The notes: generated from the sequence alone by a model not told the origin. A DNA stretch of 63,316 nucleotides, filler included, from Octopus bimaculoides (GCF_001194135.2; 8 parts of 7 records of this genome joined end to end with filler, not necessarily neighbours in it), one strand, 5' to 3'; shown: positions 11,797 to 24,660, counted from the whole stretch's first letter. A program made the numbers and translations.

Positions 11797-11915
11797 TTTA
11801 TTAACCCACTTAAAAAAATTAAAGAACAAGACTATTTTTGACACCCTGTATGGAAATTAATCCACTTAAAAAATTAAAGAACAAAATTCTTTTTGACGCC
11901 CTGTGTGCAAATGAA
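11797..11915. repeat. Tandem ~57-bp duplication ending in a Tc1/mariner-TIR-like motif
   Basis: TTAA(C/T)CCACTTAAAAAA(A)TTAAAGAACAA...TTTTTGAC(A/G)CCCTGT occurs twice; the reverse complement TACAGGGTGTCAAAAA resembles Tc1/mariner termini. Confidence 0.5.
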
Positions 11916-12334
11916 CCAACTTCAAAACTAGGGTCTGTTTACCCAATGCGGGGTACAATATATTGTATGGTATTGTACAGTATTCTTGTATTTCTGGAAT
12001 CTGAGTAAGAGGTCCGCTACTGTATAGCATTTTCTCAAGCCTGTAGAACTCGCGAACCATTCCGTATGTTAACAATTTGTGCGGTCATAAAATCAACCAC
12101 TATATTCCTACCTCAACTGGGATACCATCAGTTCCTGGATTTTTTTTTCTGTGTTGCCACATTACATCGCCATCCGAATCCTTTAAACAATTTCTTTCTT
12201 TCGTGTTTTTGTGGACGTGTTTTGGCTCTGATTACGCATCTTTCGCGTTTCGTGTTAAAGTAATGGTATATCAGTGACAATACCTTTTTCTAATCGCCTC
12301 TTGTTAGCTGGATCCCTCTGAATTCGATGTCTCT

Positions 12335-12960
12335 TTATCACTAGCTCTTTCCTATAGGCACAAGACCTGAAAATTTAGGGAACGGAGGCTAGTCGATTAC
12401 ATCGAGTCCAATACTTGGCAGATCTTGGCAAACTGATCTCGGAGGAATTTAAACTCAAAACGTAATGACAGACGAAATGCTGCTAAGCATTATGTTCGGC
12501 GTGCTAACGAGTCTGTTAGCTCGCCGCCTTAATAATCTTTTCTATTCCAAAGAAAAAATTCGGGGAGGGAGCTAGTCGATAGTAGGCAACTAGTACTTCA
12601 CTATATTATCAACCCCCGAAACGTTGAAAGGCAAAGTCGACCTCGGCAGAACTGGAACCCAGAACGTAAAGACGAATGAAATACCGCTAAGCATTTTGTC
12701 TGGAGTGCTAACGATTCTACTGGTTCTCTGCCTTAATAATTATTCCTTCTACAGACACAAGTTCTGAAATTTTGGGAGAGGAGGCTAGTTGATTTGCATC
12801 GACCCCAGTATTCAACTGGTACTTATTATTATTATTTTTTTTTTATCGGCTCCGAAAGGATGAAAGACAAAGTAAACCTCTGTTGAATTTTAACTCAGAA
12901 CGCAAAGAGCCGGAAAAAATGCCACTAAGCAGTTTGTTTCACTTACTAATGATTCTGACT
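12335..12960 (-). mobile_element. Cluster of three tandem diverged tRNA-headed SINEs (family B)
   Basis: Three successive reverse copies (~12335-12530, 12535-12735, 12742-12960) of ...GAATCGTTAGCACG...GCTTAGCGGTATTTC...TGAGTTCAAATTCCGCCGAGGTCGAC...; compare the plus copy at 34573-34795. Confidence 0.8.
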
Positions 12961-13451
12961 GCTTTTATCCCTCGGGGTAGTAAACCGTATAAATGCGTGT
13001 ATGCGATTGTATTTAATGTGTGTGTGTGTGTGTTTGTATATGTGTGTGAAAGAAGAAAAGTGCACGAACAATAAGTACTTTCATATGTGTGGCGGAATTA
13101 AACGGGTGGGCTTGACAATTTTTATTTACTGATGGACGACATTTCACTGAAATTTGAGAGAATATTTTCCACAACGTAAGCAATTTTGTTTTCTTTTGCT
13201 TCTTTTCTTTGTCCTTTTTGTTCTTTCCTCTCCTTTCCTTTTCTCTCTTATTTCACCTCCACCCTTTCCACGTCTCCTTCTACCCCAATCCCTCTCACCC
13301 CCCCACTTCTTGTTACCATTTTCCTTCTACTTGAGTAATCGAAGAAGTTATTAAAATGTCCGGATTTCACTGGTAATCCTTGAGGGACATCTTGGATAAA
13401 CCCTCTCTCGAGAGACGTTATAAGGGGTATACTTTCGAGTGTGTTAGTGCC

Positions 13452-13890
13452 TACACACACACATACACACACACACACACACACACATAGGCACACACGC
13501 ACACATACACACAGAGGCACACACATACATGCACACAGGCACACACAGACACACACACAAACACATAAATTCACACACACACACACACACACACGAACAC
13601 ACATACACACAGAGGCACACACACACACACACATACACACAGAGACACACAAACACACGCATACACAGACACACAAACACACACACACATAGGCACACAC
13701 GCACACATACACACTGAGGCACACACATACATGCACACAGGCACGCACAGACACACACGCACACAAACTCACAAACACACACACACACATACACACAGAG
13801 GCGCACACACACGCACACAGGCACACACAGACACATACGTATGCACACACACACACACATATTCACACACACATTGCACACAAACACAGC
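13452..13890. repeat. CA-derived compound minisatellite with higher-order repeat
   Basis: Block CATAGGCACACACGCACACATACACAC(A/T)GAGGCACACACATACATGCACACAGGC recurs about 200 bp apart. The VCVC/HTHT ORFs here are artefacts. Confidence 0.85.
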
Positions 13891-14009
13891 ATTGTGTCTA
13901 GGTTTAGTTTCGGAATATAAGGAATTTTTTCCTCGTTTTTCCTCCACTTGAATTTCAAGTCCATAGAAAAAGTAAAAAAGCACAAAGCTGAAAGCTGAGC
14001 ACATTAGTG

Positions 14010-14040
<31 letters not shown>

Positions 14041-14100
14041 ATAGTTGTTATTGTTTTTGTTGGCACTGTTCTTGTTACATACATACATACATACATGCAT

Positions 14101-14526
14101 GTTGCTGGCACTCCGTCGCTTACGACGTCGAGGGTTCCAGTTGATCCGATCAACGGAACAGCCTGCTCATGAAATTAACGTGCAAGTGNNNNNNNNNNCA
14201 GCCTGCTCATGAAATTAACGTGCAAGTGGCTGAGCACTCCACAGACACGTGTAACCCTTAACGCAGTTCTCGGGGGATATTCAGCGGGACACAGAGTGTG
14301 ACAAGGCTGACCCTTTGAAATACAGGCACAACAGAGACAGGAAGTAAGAGTGAGAGAAAGTTGTGGTGGAAGAGTACAGCAGGGTTCGCCACCATCCCCT
14401 GCCAGAGCCTCGTGGAGCTTTAGGTATTTTCGCTCAATAAACACTCACAACGCCCGGTCTGGGAATCGAAACCGCGATCCTATGACCGCGAGTCCGCTGC
14501 CCTAACCACTGGGCCATTGCGCCTCC
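14101..14526 (-). mobile_element. Full-length tRNA-headed SINE (family A)
   Basis: Minus 5' end GGAGGCGCAATGGCCCAGTGGTTAGG (A box) ... GGTTTCGATTCCC (B-box-like); 3' end GGAACCCTCGACGTCGTAAGCGACGGAGTGCCAGCAAC; second copy at 61211-61579. Confidence 0.88.
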
Positions 14527-14549
14527 ACATACATACATACATACATACA

Positions 14550-14581
<32 letters not shown>

Positions 14582-15021
14582 AGCATACATACATATAAGC
14601 ATGCATATATATATATACGTACGTACGTACGTATATATTTATTGGAGAAGCAGGATACATACCAACCCGTCTGGAACTAGGGAAAGAATGCAACTCCTTC
14701 ATTCATACGCCACAAATTATCACGACATCTGGGATCTGCAAGACCTTTTGAAGGCCTCAGATATTTGCAAGATATAAAATCTGCAAGATTTAAAGGGAGA
14801 TGATCAAAAACAAGATGCTTTTATTCAGATCCCTGCTACCAAACAAGTGGACATTCAAAATTAACTCTAAATTAGAAAGAGGAAAAGAAAACATACATAC
14901 ATACATGCATACATATATACATACATACATACATACATTCATACATACATGGATACATACATACAAACATGCATACATACATATATACGTACGTATGCAC
15001 ATACATACATACATACATACA

Positions 15022-15055
<34 letters not shown>

Positions 15056-15600
15056 CATACATACATGTATGCATACATGCCTACATACGTGCTTACATAC
15101 ATACATACGTACATACATAGAAACACGCATACAGAAATATTGGGTTGTCCAGAAAGTTCGTGCAAATTTTTAAAGGAAAGAAAAAGATCAATAAATACTT
15201 GCCATTACATTTTTAATCAACCAAATATGAACCATTTTGTTGCACAATGCGTCTCCATCTTTCCTTTAACTTGAAAATACCCTCTTCCCAGAATTGAGGT
15301 GGTTTCATGGCAAATAAGTCGAAAGGTAAGCTACTATAAATCGGTACGAACTCAATACATGCGTACATACATACAAACATGCATACATATATACATACAT
15401 ACATACATTCATACATACATGCGTACATACATACATACATACATACATACATACATACATACATACATACATGTATGCATGCACACATACATACATACAT
15501 ACATACGTACATACATACATACATACATACATACATACATAGAAACATGCATATATAAATACACAAAAACATGCTTACATACATATAGACATACAAACGT
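14527..15600. repeat. (TACA)n / (CATA)n tetranucleotide microsatellite fields
   Basis: Long imperfect ACAT arrays at ~14527-14580, 14895-15120 and 15355-15600. Confidence 0.95.
15140..15335 (-). mobile_element. Mariner 3' end fragment with TIR
   Basis: TA-TTGGGTTGTCCAGAAAGTTCGTGC terminus; minus translation FDLFAMKPPQFWEEGIFKLKERWRRIVQQNGSYLVD*, typical of a mariner transposase C-terminus. Confidence 0.85.
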
Positions 15601-15639
15601 ACATGGTAATTGCTTCATATCCGCAGGTGACTGCAGTCT

Positions 15640-16480
15640 CCTTGTGCTTCCTCGTTGTCAATGACATTTCTGACTTTCCATCCATGAGCTCTCAGATGAC
15701 CATTCAGTTCCGTTGCAGATCTGCATAGTTTGAAGCATAAGTAGAAGACGGAATTTGTGACTTACTATGCGCTGTCAGTTGGTTAGGCCTACACACGTTA
15801 CCACTCTTCCATCTGTATAGGACTCTCAGAAGATGGAATAGCCAATGAGGTCATTGAGGTCATCCTAAAAAGACATCTGTACGTCATTGGACTATAGCGA
15901 TAAACGCTTGACAAACACGAACACCAATCTCTAAGCCCAGGAACTTTCCAGCACCCCGGCATAATTCCCGTTGCTTTTCAAGTTCAATGTATATATTAAC
16001 GTGTAACGTAATCCATGCTGTGAATCCAGCTCAATATTTATGTAAAATAGAGTTGGAACGGGTAACTGCCTCCGCTTTGTGCCATTACACGGTGTGTGCG
16101 TATAGATTCACCTACCAATGGAACTACTTCGATATTCACGAACTCGTCGCTCTCGTTTTAATCTTGCAGAAACGGTAACATTTGCAGTCCTCAAACTTTT
16201 ACAACAATTCATTTCAGTCTCTAAACAGATCCCTGTTCGGAATTAAAATTCAACAGACACACCAAATATTGATAAATTATTTCTTGTCTCTAAACCAACC
16301 TTCTGCCAAACCATCAACGTTTATGCATCCATCGGATCATCCGCCCAGTGACTTTCGTGGCTAACAACCTCATGCAACGTCGCCATGTTCATCTCCGCTT
16401 TCAATGAAACCTTAGACCAGCAGACGAGTAAGAGATCCACTAATTCTACGCTAAATGCCCGTGGAGACGTAGACAGTTGT
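15640..16480 (+). mobile_element. Highly degraded LINE ORF2 fragment (end of APE endonuclease and linker)
   Basis: HELSDDHSVPLQI near 15684 resembles the APE terminal SDH motif (ELSSDHxPV); the rest is broken by many stops. Confidence 0.3.
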
Positions 16481-16791
16481 TAACAACCAATTTAATGATA
16501 TACTAAATCTCTATCCCTGCAACCGATCCCCAGTGTAGCTTTTAAAAAGCCGGATTCATGTCCTTTCATATATTACTGTCTAACAGACCTCGAGACTTTA
16601 AATCTAAGATGAGGGGTGTCATGTGATCATTTTTATTTTTTAAAACACCCTTAAATATTTAGTGTCATATATCTCGGTTAAGTCACCATGGTAAACCCCA
16701 CCTCTCTTCAAGTCAAAAGATATATATGTGTGAGTGGGTGTATATATACATACATATATATATATAGATATATACACACACACGCGATATA

Positions 16792-16824
<33 letters not shown>

Positions 16825-17672
16825 NNNNNNNNNNNNNNNNNNNNNNNNNNNNNNNNNNNNNNNNNNNNNNNNNNNNNNNNNNNNNNNNNNNNNNNNNNNN
16901 NNNNNNNNNNNNNNNNNNNNNNNNNNNNNNNNNNNNNNNNNNNNNNNNNNNNNNNNNNNNNNNNNNNNNNNNNNNNNNNNNNNNNNNNNNNNNNNNNNNN
17001 NNNNNNNNNNNNNNNNNNNNNNNNNNNNNNNNNNNNNNNNNNNNNNNNNNNNNNNNNNNNNNNNNNNNNNNNNNNNNNNNNNNNNNNNNNNNNNNNNNNN
17101 NNNNNNNNNNNNNNNNNNNNNNNNNNNNNNNNNNNNNNNNNNNNNNNNNNNNNNNNNNNNNNNNNNNNNNNNNNNNNNNNNNNNNNNNNNNNNNNNNNNN
17201 NNNNNNNNNNNNNNNNNNNNNNNNNNNNNNNNNNNNNNNNNNNNNNNNNNNNNNNNNNNNNNNNNNNNNNNNNNNNNNNNNNNNNNNNNNNNNNNNNNNN
17301 NNNNNNNNNNNNNNNNNNNNNNNNNNNNNNNNNNNNNTATATATTACCTCTCGGTATTGATACCAAGAGGTAATATTTATCCCCACTTAGACGTGGTTGT
17401 TCTGTTAGAACAAGCTATACTGCGGTAGTTACCACGATAGATACTCTCATACTGGCGTTTAGGGCAAAATTCACTCTTGTTTAAATCGATGGCAGGGAGA
17501 TAAGTTCCGACCACCTCCGGAGATGATATACCATTTTATTAAAGCCGAAAAAAACTTTACTAAAGTTATATTTGACTCTATTTTTGGTATTCGAGAACTA
17601 TTTATCCACCTTGTTTTGCGCCTATGTACTTACGGGTGTTGTGTGTGTGTGGGGGGGTGCATATATATATAT

Positions 17673-17673
<1 letters not shown>

Positions 17674-17731
<58 letters not shown>

Positions 17732-17775
17732 TATAGATAGATAGATAGATAGATAGAAAGATAGATATAAATATG

Positions 17776-17807
<32 letters not shown>

Positions 17808-18438
17808 TGTATGTATGTATGTGTGTGCATGTGAAAGGGACGAAAGCGCTATATAAAACAGTTCTTATCCCAAAAATGACTAACTCCTTTTTCTTAATTT
17901 ATAAAATCTGTACTACACTTCAAACAATATATATATATATGCATATATACATATATATATATACATATATATCGTGAGAGGAAGAGAGGAATGCGTGTGT
18001 ATGTGTGTGTAATACAGCCCATCGTTGGCCCAACTCTTTAAGCTGTCATTCTCACACAAATACGACGTCATCCTTCTCTCTCCCATCTTCCCCCATCTGC
18101 CGGAAGCAGCAAGACGAACGTGTGTCTGGCTAACTTTTCGTCTCAATTCTACAGATGGTGCCAGTGACAGAAATGAGGCTCGTGAAGGTGGCAACGTCCT
18201 TCTTCTTCTTCTTCTTCTTCTTCTTCTTCTTCTTCTTCTTCTTCTTCTTCTTCTTCTTCTACTTCTTCTTCTTCTTCTTCCCCTTCTTCTTCCCCTTCTT
18301 TTTCTTCTTCTTCTTCTTCTTCTTCTTCTTCCCTTCTTTTTCTTCTTCTTCTTCTTCTTCTTCTTCTTCTTCTTCTTCTTCTTCTTCTTCTTCTTCTTTT
18401 TCTTCTTCTTCTTATTCTTCTTCTTCTTCTTCTTCTTC

Positions 18439-18470
<32 letters not shown>

Positions 18471-18563
18471 TATTATCATTATTATCATTATAATATTATT
18501 ATTATTATTATTGTGGTTGCTGTAATTATTTTTATTACTACTACTACTACTACCACAACAACA

Positions 18564-18601
<38 letters not shown>

Positions 18602-18680
18602 CACAACAACTACTACTACTACTACTACCACAACTACTACTACTACTACTACCACAACTACTACTACTACTACTACAATG
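17674..18680. repeat. Compound microsatellites: (GATA)n, (TATG)n, (CTT)n, (ATT)n, (CTA)n
   Basis: Seen directly; explains the poly-K/R/F/L/S pseudo-ORFs at 17913-18525. Confidence 0.95.
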
Positions 18681-19042
18681 TGAGGATATCTTGATGTCGA
18701 TATAGTGTTGTTAGAAGTTGCTCCGTTGTTGTTTTTGTTGTTGTTGTTGTTGTGGTGGTGGTGGTGGTGGTGGTGGTGGTAGAGATGGTGGTAGTGGCTG
18801 TGGTTGTGGTGCGGTGGTGCTGGAGGTAGATGTGATAGCAGTGGCTGTAGTGATAGTGGTTGTGTGGGTGATTAGTGGAGGTGGTGGTGGTGCTGGTTCT
18901 GGTTATCGTNNNNNNNNNNNNNNNNNNNNNNNNNNNNNNNNNNNNNNNNNNNNTTAATTAATTAANNNNNNNNNNNNNNNNNNNNNNNNNNNNNNNNNNN
19001 NNNNNNNNNTATATATATATATATGTGCATATATAGGTACAA

Positions 19043-19494
19043 GACGTCACAAAAGATGAACATGAAATACGAAGACAAAGTTGGGTATGCGAACAAAGAG
19101 AGAAACAAATGGAAAACAAGACAAGTAACGTAAAGAACGACCCTTCATCAGTTGTCGGCTGTCCATCTACTCCTCATTTCGACAATGTGAGGCTTCGAAG
19201 GGCAGTTGCTCTCACGAACCAAAATCGTGTGGTTTGTTGTATGTCTCCACTGTCCTGTTTTGTTACCAACTTTGACCCTCCGCAAATCCCAAATTTTATC
19301 TTGGTTTGCGGGAGCAACTGCCTTTCGAAGCTTCATATTGTCGTTAATTGTTCAAAATGAAGAGTAGTTGGACAGCCAACAACTGATGAATGGTCGTTCT
19401 TTATGTTACTTGTCTTGTTTTCCATTTGCTTCTCTCGTTGCTCGCATACGGAAGTTTGTCTTCGTATTTCATGTTGTTTACTTTTTGTGACGTC
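19043..19494. mobile_element. Fold-back element (~180-190-bp inverted arms, ~80-bp spacer), Penelope pLTR-like, with a hammerhead-like motif in each arm
   Basis: GACGTCACAAAA...GAACCAA is inverted as TTGGTTTGCG...TTTTTGTGACGTC; CTGATGA at 19383-19389 (+) and 19145-19151 (-). Confidence 0.7.
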
Positions 19495-19560
19495 CTCATA
19501 TATATATTATTTATATTATTATATGATTGAACGCCACGCATCCATTCCAAGTAAGTTTAT

Positions 19561-19593
<33 letters not shown>

Positions 19594-20286
19594 NNNNNNN
19601 NNNNNNNNNNNNNNNNNNNNNNNNNNNNNNNNNNNNNNNNNNNNNNNNNNNNNNNNNNNNNNNNNNNNNNNNNNNNNNNNNNNNNNNNNNNNNNNNNNNN
19701 NNNNNNNNNNNNNNNNNNNNNNNNNNNNNNNNNNNNNNNNNNNNNNNNNNNNNNNNNNNNNNNNNNNNNNNNNNNNNNNNNNNNNNNNNNNNNNNNNNNN
19801 NNNNNNNNNNNNNNNNNNNNNNNNNNNNNNNNNNNNNNNNNNNNNNNNNNNNNNNNNNNNNNNNNNNNNNNNNNNNNNNNNNNNNNNNNNNNNNNNNNNN
19901 NNNNNNNNNNNNNNNNNNNNNNNNNNNNNNNNNNNNNNNNNNNNNNNNNNNNNNNNNNNNNNNNNNNNNNNNNNNNNNNNNNNNNNNNNNNNNNNNNNNN
20001 NNNNNNNNNNNNNNNNNNNNNNNNNNNNNNNNNNNNNNNNNNNNNNNNNNNNNNNNNNNNNNNNNNNNNNNNNNNNNNNNNNNNNNNNNNNNNNNNNNNN
20101 NNNNNNNNNNNNNNNNNNNNNNNNNNNNNNNNNNNNNNNNNNNNNNNNNNNNNNNNNNNNNNNNNNNNNNNNNNNNNNNNNNNNNNNNNNNNNNNNNNNN
20201 NNNNNNNNNNNNNNNNNNNNNNNNNNNNNNNNNNNNNNNNNNNNNNNNNNNNNNNNNNNNNNNNNNNNNNNNNNNNNNNNNNNNNN

Positions 20287-20330
<44 letters not shown>

Positions 20331-20557
20331 ATGTATATGTAAGCACACACGCATTCACATATACACACACACACACACACATAAGGAGAGAATGCGAGAA
20401 AGTAGAGACAAACAATAAACATATTTGTAATTATAAACAGATGCACTCTAAAATATGTATGTATATATTATGTATGTGTGTGTGTTTGTATATACATATA
20501 ATTGCATGTTTGTATAGTGTATGTACGTATGTTAACAGATGTGTGTGTTTGTTTGTT

Positions 20558-20597
<40 letters not shown>

Positions 20598-21846
20598 TGT
20601 GTGTGTGAATTTGAGGTGTATAGACGTGTGTGCATGTGAATATACACCTCGAACCTATACATATCTCCAACATGCGTAATTGGTGGATTCACGCATAAAC
20701 TGTACAAAAGATTAATTTTACACACACACACACACACACACACCATCACCACCTACTTTACCACCTGACAGCCCAGTAACCCGCCGATCCCTCTTCATCC
20801 TCACCTCCTATTACTGTTCCTTCATTTCCATCAATACCATACCACCCAGCACTGCTACCCATCGTACACCCACCCCATCCCTCGGCTTGATTCCTTAAAG
20901 CACTTCATTGTATATAAGCAAGGCGGTCTGCATAACAAAATGTTTGTGTAACAATTTTTCTACACGAAAGAAAAAGAAATGAAGAAAAAGAAAGAAAATA
21001 AGGAAAAAAGGAAAAGTGAGAGTGGAGGAGGGTGAAGAAAAGAGGCAACAGTGACATTGTTTATGTAAAGTAATAGCAGCCGAGTATTGGTCCACTTGAG
21101 GTCTGTTGTATTTACTCAGGGTTCTTTTACAGCCGTTCATGTTTACATAACTTTCGACACCCTTTTTAGCCAATCTCCTAAACGATTGTTAGTTTAGCCA
21201 AAAGATAGGGCGACGAGCGAACTTCGAACGACGTAAACAGAAAGGGACAATGTAAACCTCGACAAGAAATTCAACGAACGTCATCTTCTGATCCGGCTTT
21301 CGTTTCCTTTCTTCNNNNNNNNNNNNNNNNNNNNNNNNNNNNNNNNNNNNNNNNNNNNNNNNNNNNNNNNNNNNNNNNNNNNNNNNNNNNNNNNNNNNNN
21401 NNNNNNNNNNNNNNNNNNNNNNNNNNNNNNNNNNNNNNNNNNNNNNNNNNNNNNNNNNNNNNNNNNNNNNNNNNNNNNNNNNNNNNNNNNNNNNNNNNNN
21501 NNNNNNNNNNNNNNNNNNNNNNNNNNNNNNNNNNNNNNNNNNNNNNNNNNNNNNNNNNNNNNNNNNNNNNNNNNNNNNNNNNNNNNNNNNNNNNNNNNNN
21601 NNNNNNNNNNNNNNNNNNNNNNNNNNNNNNNNNNNNNNNNNNNNNNNNNNNNNNNNNNNNNNNNNNNNNNNNNNNNNNNNNNNNNNNNNNNNNNNNNNNN
21701 NNNNNNNNNNNNNNNNNNNNNNNNNNNNNNNNNNNNNNNNNNNNNNNNNNNNNNNNNNNNNNNNNNNNNNNNNNNNNNNNNNNNNNNNNNNNNNNNNNNN
21801 NNNNNNNNNNNNNNNNNNNNNNNNNNNNNNNNNNNNNNNNNNNNNN

Positions 21847-22200
21847 TATTTCGTCTGCCACTGCATTCTGAGTTCAAATTCCGCCGAGGTCGACTTTGCC
21901 TTTCATCCTTTCGGGGGGTCGATAAATTAAGTACCAGTTACGCACTGGGTCGATATAATCGACTTAATCCGTTTGTCTGTTCTTGTTTGTCCCCTCTGTG
22001 TGTAGCCCCTTGTGGGCAGTAAAGAAATAGGTATTTCGTCTGTCTTTACGTTCTGAGTTCAAATTCTGCCGAGGTCGACTTTGTCTTTCATCCTTTCGGG
22101 GTCGATAAATTAAGTACCAGTTGCGTTCTGAGGTCGATCTAATCGACGGGCCCCCTCCCCAAAAATTTCGGGCCTTGTGCCTAGAGTAGAAAAGAATATT
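21847..22200 (+). mobile_element. Two tandem 5'-truncated SINEs (family B)
   Basis: TATTTCGTCTG...TTCTGAGTTCAAATTC(C/T)GCCGAGGTCGACTTTG...TTTCATCCTTTCGGGG at 21847 and again at 22032. Confidence 0.85.
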
Positions 22201-22448
22201 TTAATTAAATCAACATTTTATTAATGCACAGTAATACGACCATATATATCTGTTTCATTAATTAGTTATATCCCTCCACTTTCACTGTTAAGTACGATGA
22301 CTTAACTGCTTATTATTCGTGCGGATGCCGCCTATGAATAATTTTTCACAGATTAATTGCAGTTCACTTTGCGAAAGACGACCTGATCGTGTTTAGGGTT
22401 AAAGATCAAAAGTCTACATTAGCTGCTAAAATAGCGGCGAGTAGTGGT

Positions 22449-22600
22449 GTAGCAAAACAGCGATATTCACTGACGCGAGTATTCAAACTACTGTAACAGC
22501 GATACTTCCAGTCACAACTATTCGAAACGGCGTACAAACAATGATACTCTCTGCTGCGATTATTCAAAATTATGTAACAAAAAGCGATACTCCCTATCGA
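22449..22600. repeat. Degenerate ~39-43-bp tandem repeat (4 units)
   Basis: AACAGCGATA-like motif at 22456, 22495, 22537, 22580; TATTC(A/G)AA at 22480, 22519, 22561. Confidence 0.65.
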
Positions 22601-22699
22601 CAAAGTCAGCCCTTTCGCCCCTCGCTATTTTATATTATCATATTGTAGTCGTGTTCTGTCTCTTCCGTCGCTGTTGATACTTTAGGAAAACGAATGCTT

Positions 22700-23370
22700 T
22701 TCCGAAGCTCATCTTTTTGACGGAGCTGCAATCCTGGATCAAGAAAAGACCCAAATTAGACGCCTGGTGTCTGAAATGTAATCAGGCACTCACTGCTCAC
22801 CACCAGTTTAGCAATACGGTCGGTAGAAGTTCTACAGTAGCAATATATAGAAATCATGTGATGTATAAGAGCGATGCCGTTCTCAAGAAAGTTCTAGGCG
22901 TTGGCGAGGATAAACTAGCTGCTCTATTTCAGAGAACTTCCAGGCCTGGTGCACAATGGTTAATTTCCAGAAGTCCCTGGCTTGGCAGGGCTACCAAGGA
23001 GCACTGCCGGTACGAGATAAACTCTACAGGTATGGAAACGCTGTCAGACAAGATTAAAAGGATTAAGAGAAGACACCTTCCTCTTTGGTCAACCTCTCAT
23101 CGACTTTTTAAAGTTCTACTTGGTAAGGAAAGTAAAGATGGAGAAGGAGGTGCTACCTCCCAGTGAATTTGTGAAAAGATGGGTGAAAGTGGAAAACATG
23201 GTTAAAGTGAATGGCCTTACTCTAAGTATGCGCCTGTAGATTGGAGAGCAGGAGAGACGGCTCTTACTTTTGGTGGTCAGGGTAATCCTGGATTTGTGAG
23301 GTTCCTTGGTTGGCCCTGGTTGGAGTTTCTCCTGTATAAGGAGGACTGCATCATTCATGTTATCATATAC
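22700..23370 (+). mobile_element. 3' end of an L1/Tx1-like LINE ORF2 (degraded)
   Basis: Degenerate Cys-motif region WCLKCNQ, then in a shifted frame GQPLIDFLKFYLVRKVKMEKEVLPPSEFVKRWVKVENMVKVNGLTLSMRL*. Recognised as a Tx1-like C-terminus by resemblance only. Confidence 0.45.
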
Positions 23371-23619
23371 TTTGTATACACATCGTCGTCGTCGTCGTCG
23401 TCGTCGTATCCGAGTATTTATCTTTTTTCTTTGCTGAACGCTTCCTTTATTGTGATACTGTTAGTGACTGTAGATCAATTCTTGCATAGAAGAGTCGATG
23501 GCATTGATTACATGGCAATGTTGGTGGAGGACGAGATTGATTCTGTCGAACGTTTCTCTCCTGTCGCTTGATTTCTTCCTTCTCTCTTCTGGTACCTTCG
23601 AAGTTTTTGGTTCCGTTGG

Positions 23620-24480
23620 TGATGGAACGTCGTCACTTAGTACGGTTTCAGACTTGTGTCTCAAACGATTGAGACTCAATTCCAGTGGCTTTTAGTGTTG
23701 CTTTGAGTTAGTCCTTGTATCTTGTGGCATTCTTCCCGAAGTGAGCTCACAGAATAAGACTTGGCGTAGGAACCTTGAGTCTTCTATTTTTGTTGCATGT
23801 CCTGACCATCGAAGACGGTGTTTCATGATCAGCTATTCGATACTTTAACTGTTGGCTTTTCCCAGGACTTTGTTGTTGATTATATATTGTTCCCATTTGA
23901 TGCTCAAGATTGGACGAAGTTTTGTTGGTGAAAGTGCTCTAATTTTTGGATGTCATGACGATATAGAGTCCAGGTTTCGCAGCCATATAGCAAGGCTGAG
24001 ATGACAACAGCATTATATACCATAATTTTCGCTGTTAAGATCTGTGTTGTTGAAGACGCATTTGATTACCTTTCCAAATTCCCCGTGTACAGCTCCAATT
24101 CTGTGTTCCACATCCTTTTCTGAGGTGCACTTTTTTGGTAAAAGGCTGCTTAGATATGGAAAACGCTCTACTTTTTCGAGGGGTGTATACGAGATGGTAA
24201 CATCAAAATCTGGTAAGATGGTATTTTGGGCTAGTTGTGCAAGGACCTTGCTTTTCTTGATGTTTACTGTAAAGCCAAAGGGATGGTAAGCCATAGCAAA
24301 GCTGTTCACAGACTGTTGAAGTTCTTTTGAATGACAGAGGGCAGCATTGTCATCAGCATGATAAAGTTCTGAGATGCGTTGCATGTGTGTTAGATGTTTA
24401 GACTGAAGTCTACTAAGATTGAAAAGTCCTCCATCATATCAATATCTAATGTCAACTCCTGGATTATCTGAAGGAATTTC
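23620..24480 (-). mobile_element. RTE/BovB-like LINE reverse transcriptase fragment
   Basis: Minus translation GVDIRY*YDGGLFNLSRLQSK...ISELYHADD...FGFTVNIKKSKVL...LEKVERFPYLSS...DVEHRIGAVHGEFG; downstream HRLRWSGH is typical of the RTE C-terminus. Confidence 0.88.
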
Positions 24481-24489
24481 GTTGAGTAG

Positions 24490-24660
24490 CATGGCCCAGT
24501 GGTTAGAGCGTCGGGCTTGGATAACATTGGTGGAGTGGAGAGGGGAGGCTGGTAGGCATGAGTGACTGCTGGTCTTCCGTCAACCGGACTTGTAGCTCGG
24601 AGAGGAGCTTTCTAGGTGCGATCCCATGGTCATTCATGACCGAAAGGGTCTTTACACTTT
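24490..24660 (+). mobile_element. Internally deleted tRNA-headed SINE (family E)
   Basis: A-box head GCATGGCCCAGTGGTTAGAGCG joined directly to TTGGATAACATTGGTGG...TTTCTAGGTGCGATCCCATGGTCATTCATGACCGAAAGGG, the 3' part of the 44716-45003 family. Confidence 0.75.

Noticed and set aside
14159-14228. 30-bp direct repeat CAGCCTGCTCATGAAATTAACGTGCAAGTG either side of 10 Ns
   Set aside because: Unmerged contig overlap inside a SINE; the second family A copy has no such duplication.
14470-14526. tRNA gene from A/B-box-like motifs (also 41527 and 61520-61579)
   Set aside because: These are SINE heads continuing into SINE bodies, with no complete cloverleaf.
13248-15664. Long ORFs (VCVC, HTHT, MYVC, YIHT repeats) and X-filled ORFs throughout the window
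   Set aside because: They are translations of microsatellites or N gaps, not proteins.
22449-22600. CRISPR-like repeat-spacer array
   Set aside because: Units are degenerate, spacers are short and partly similar, the context is eukaryotic and there are no cas genes.
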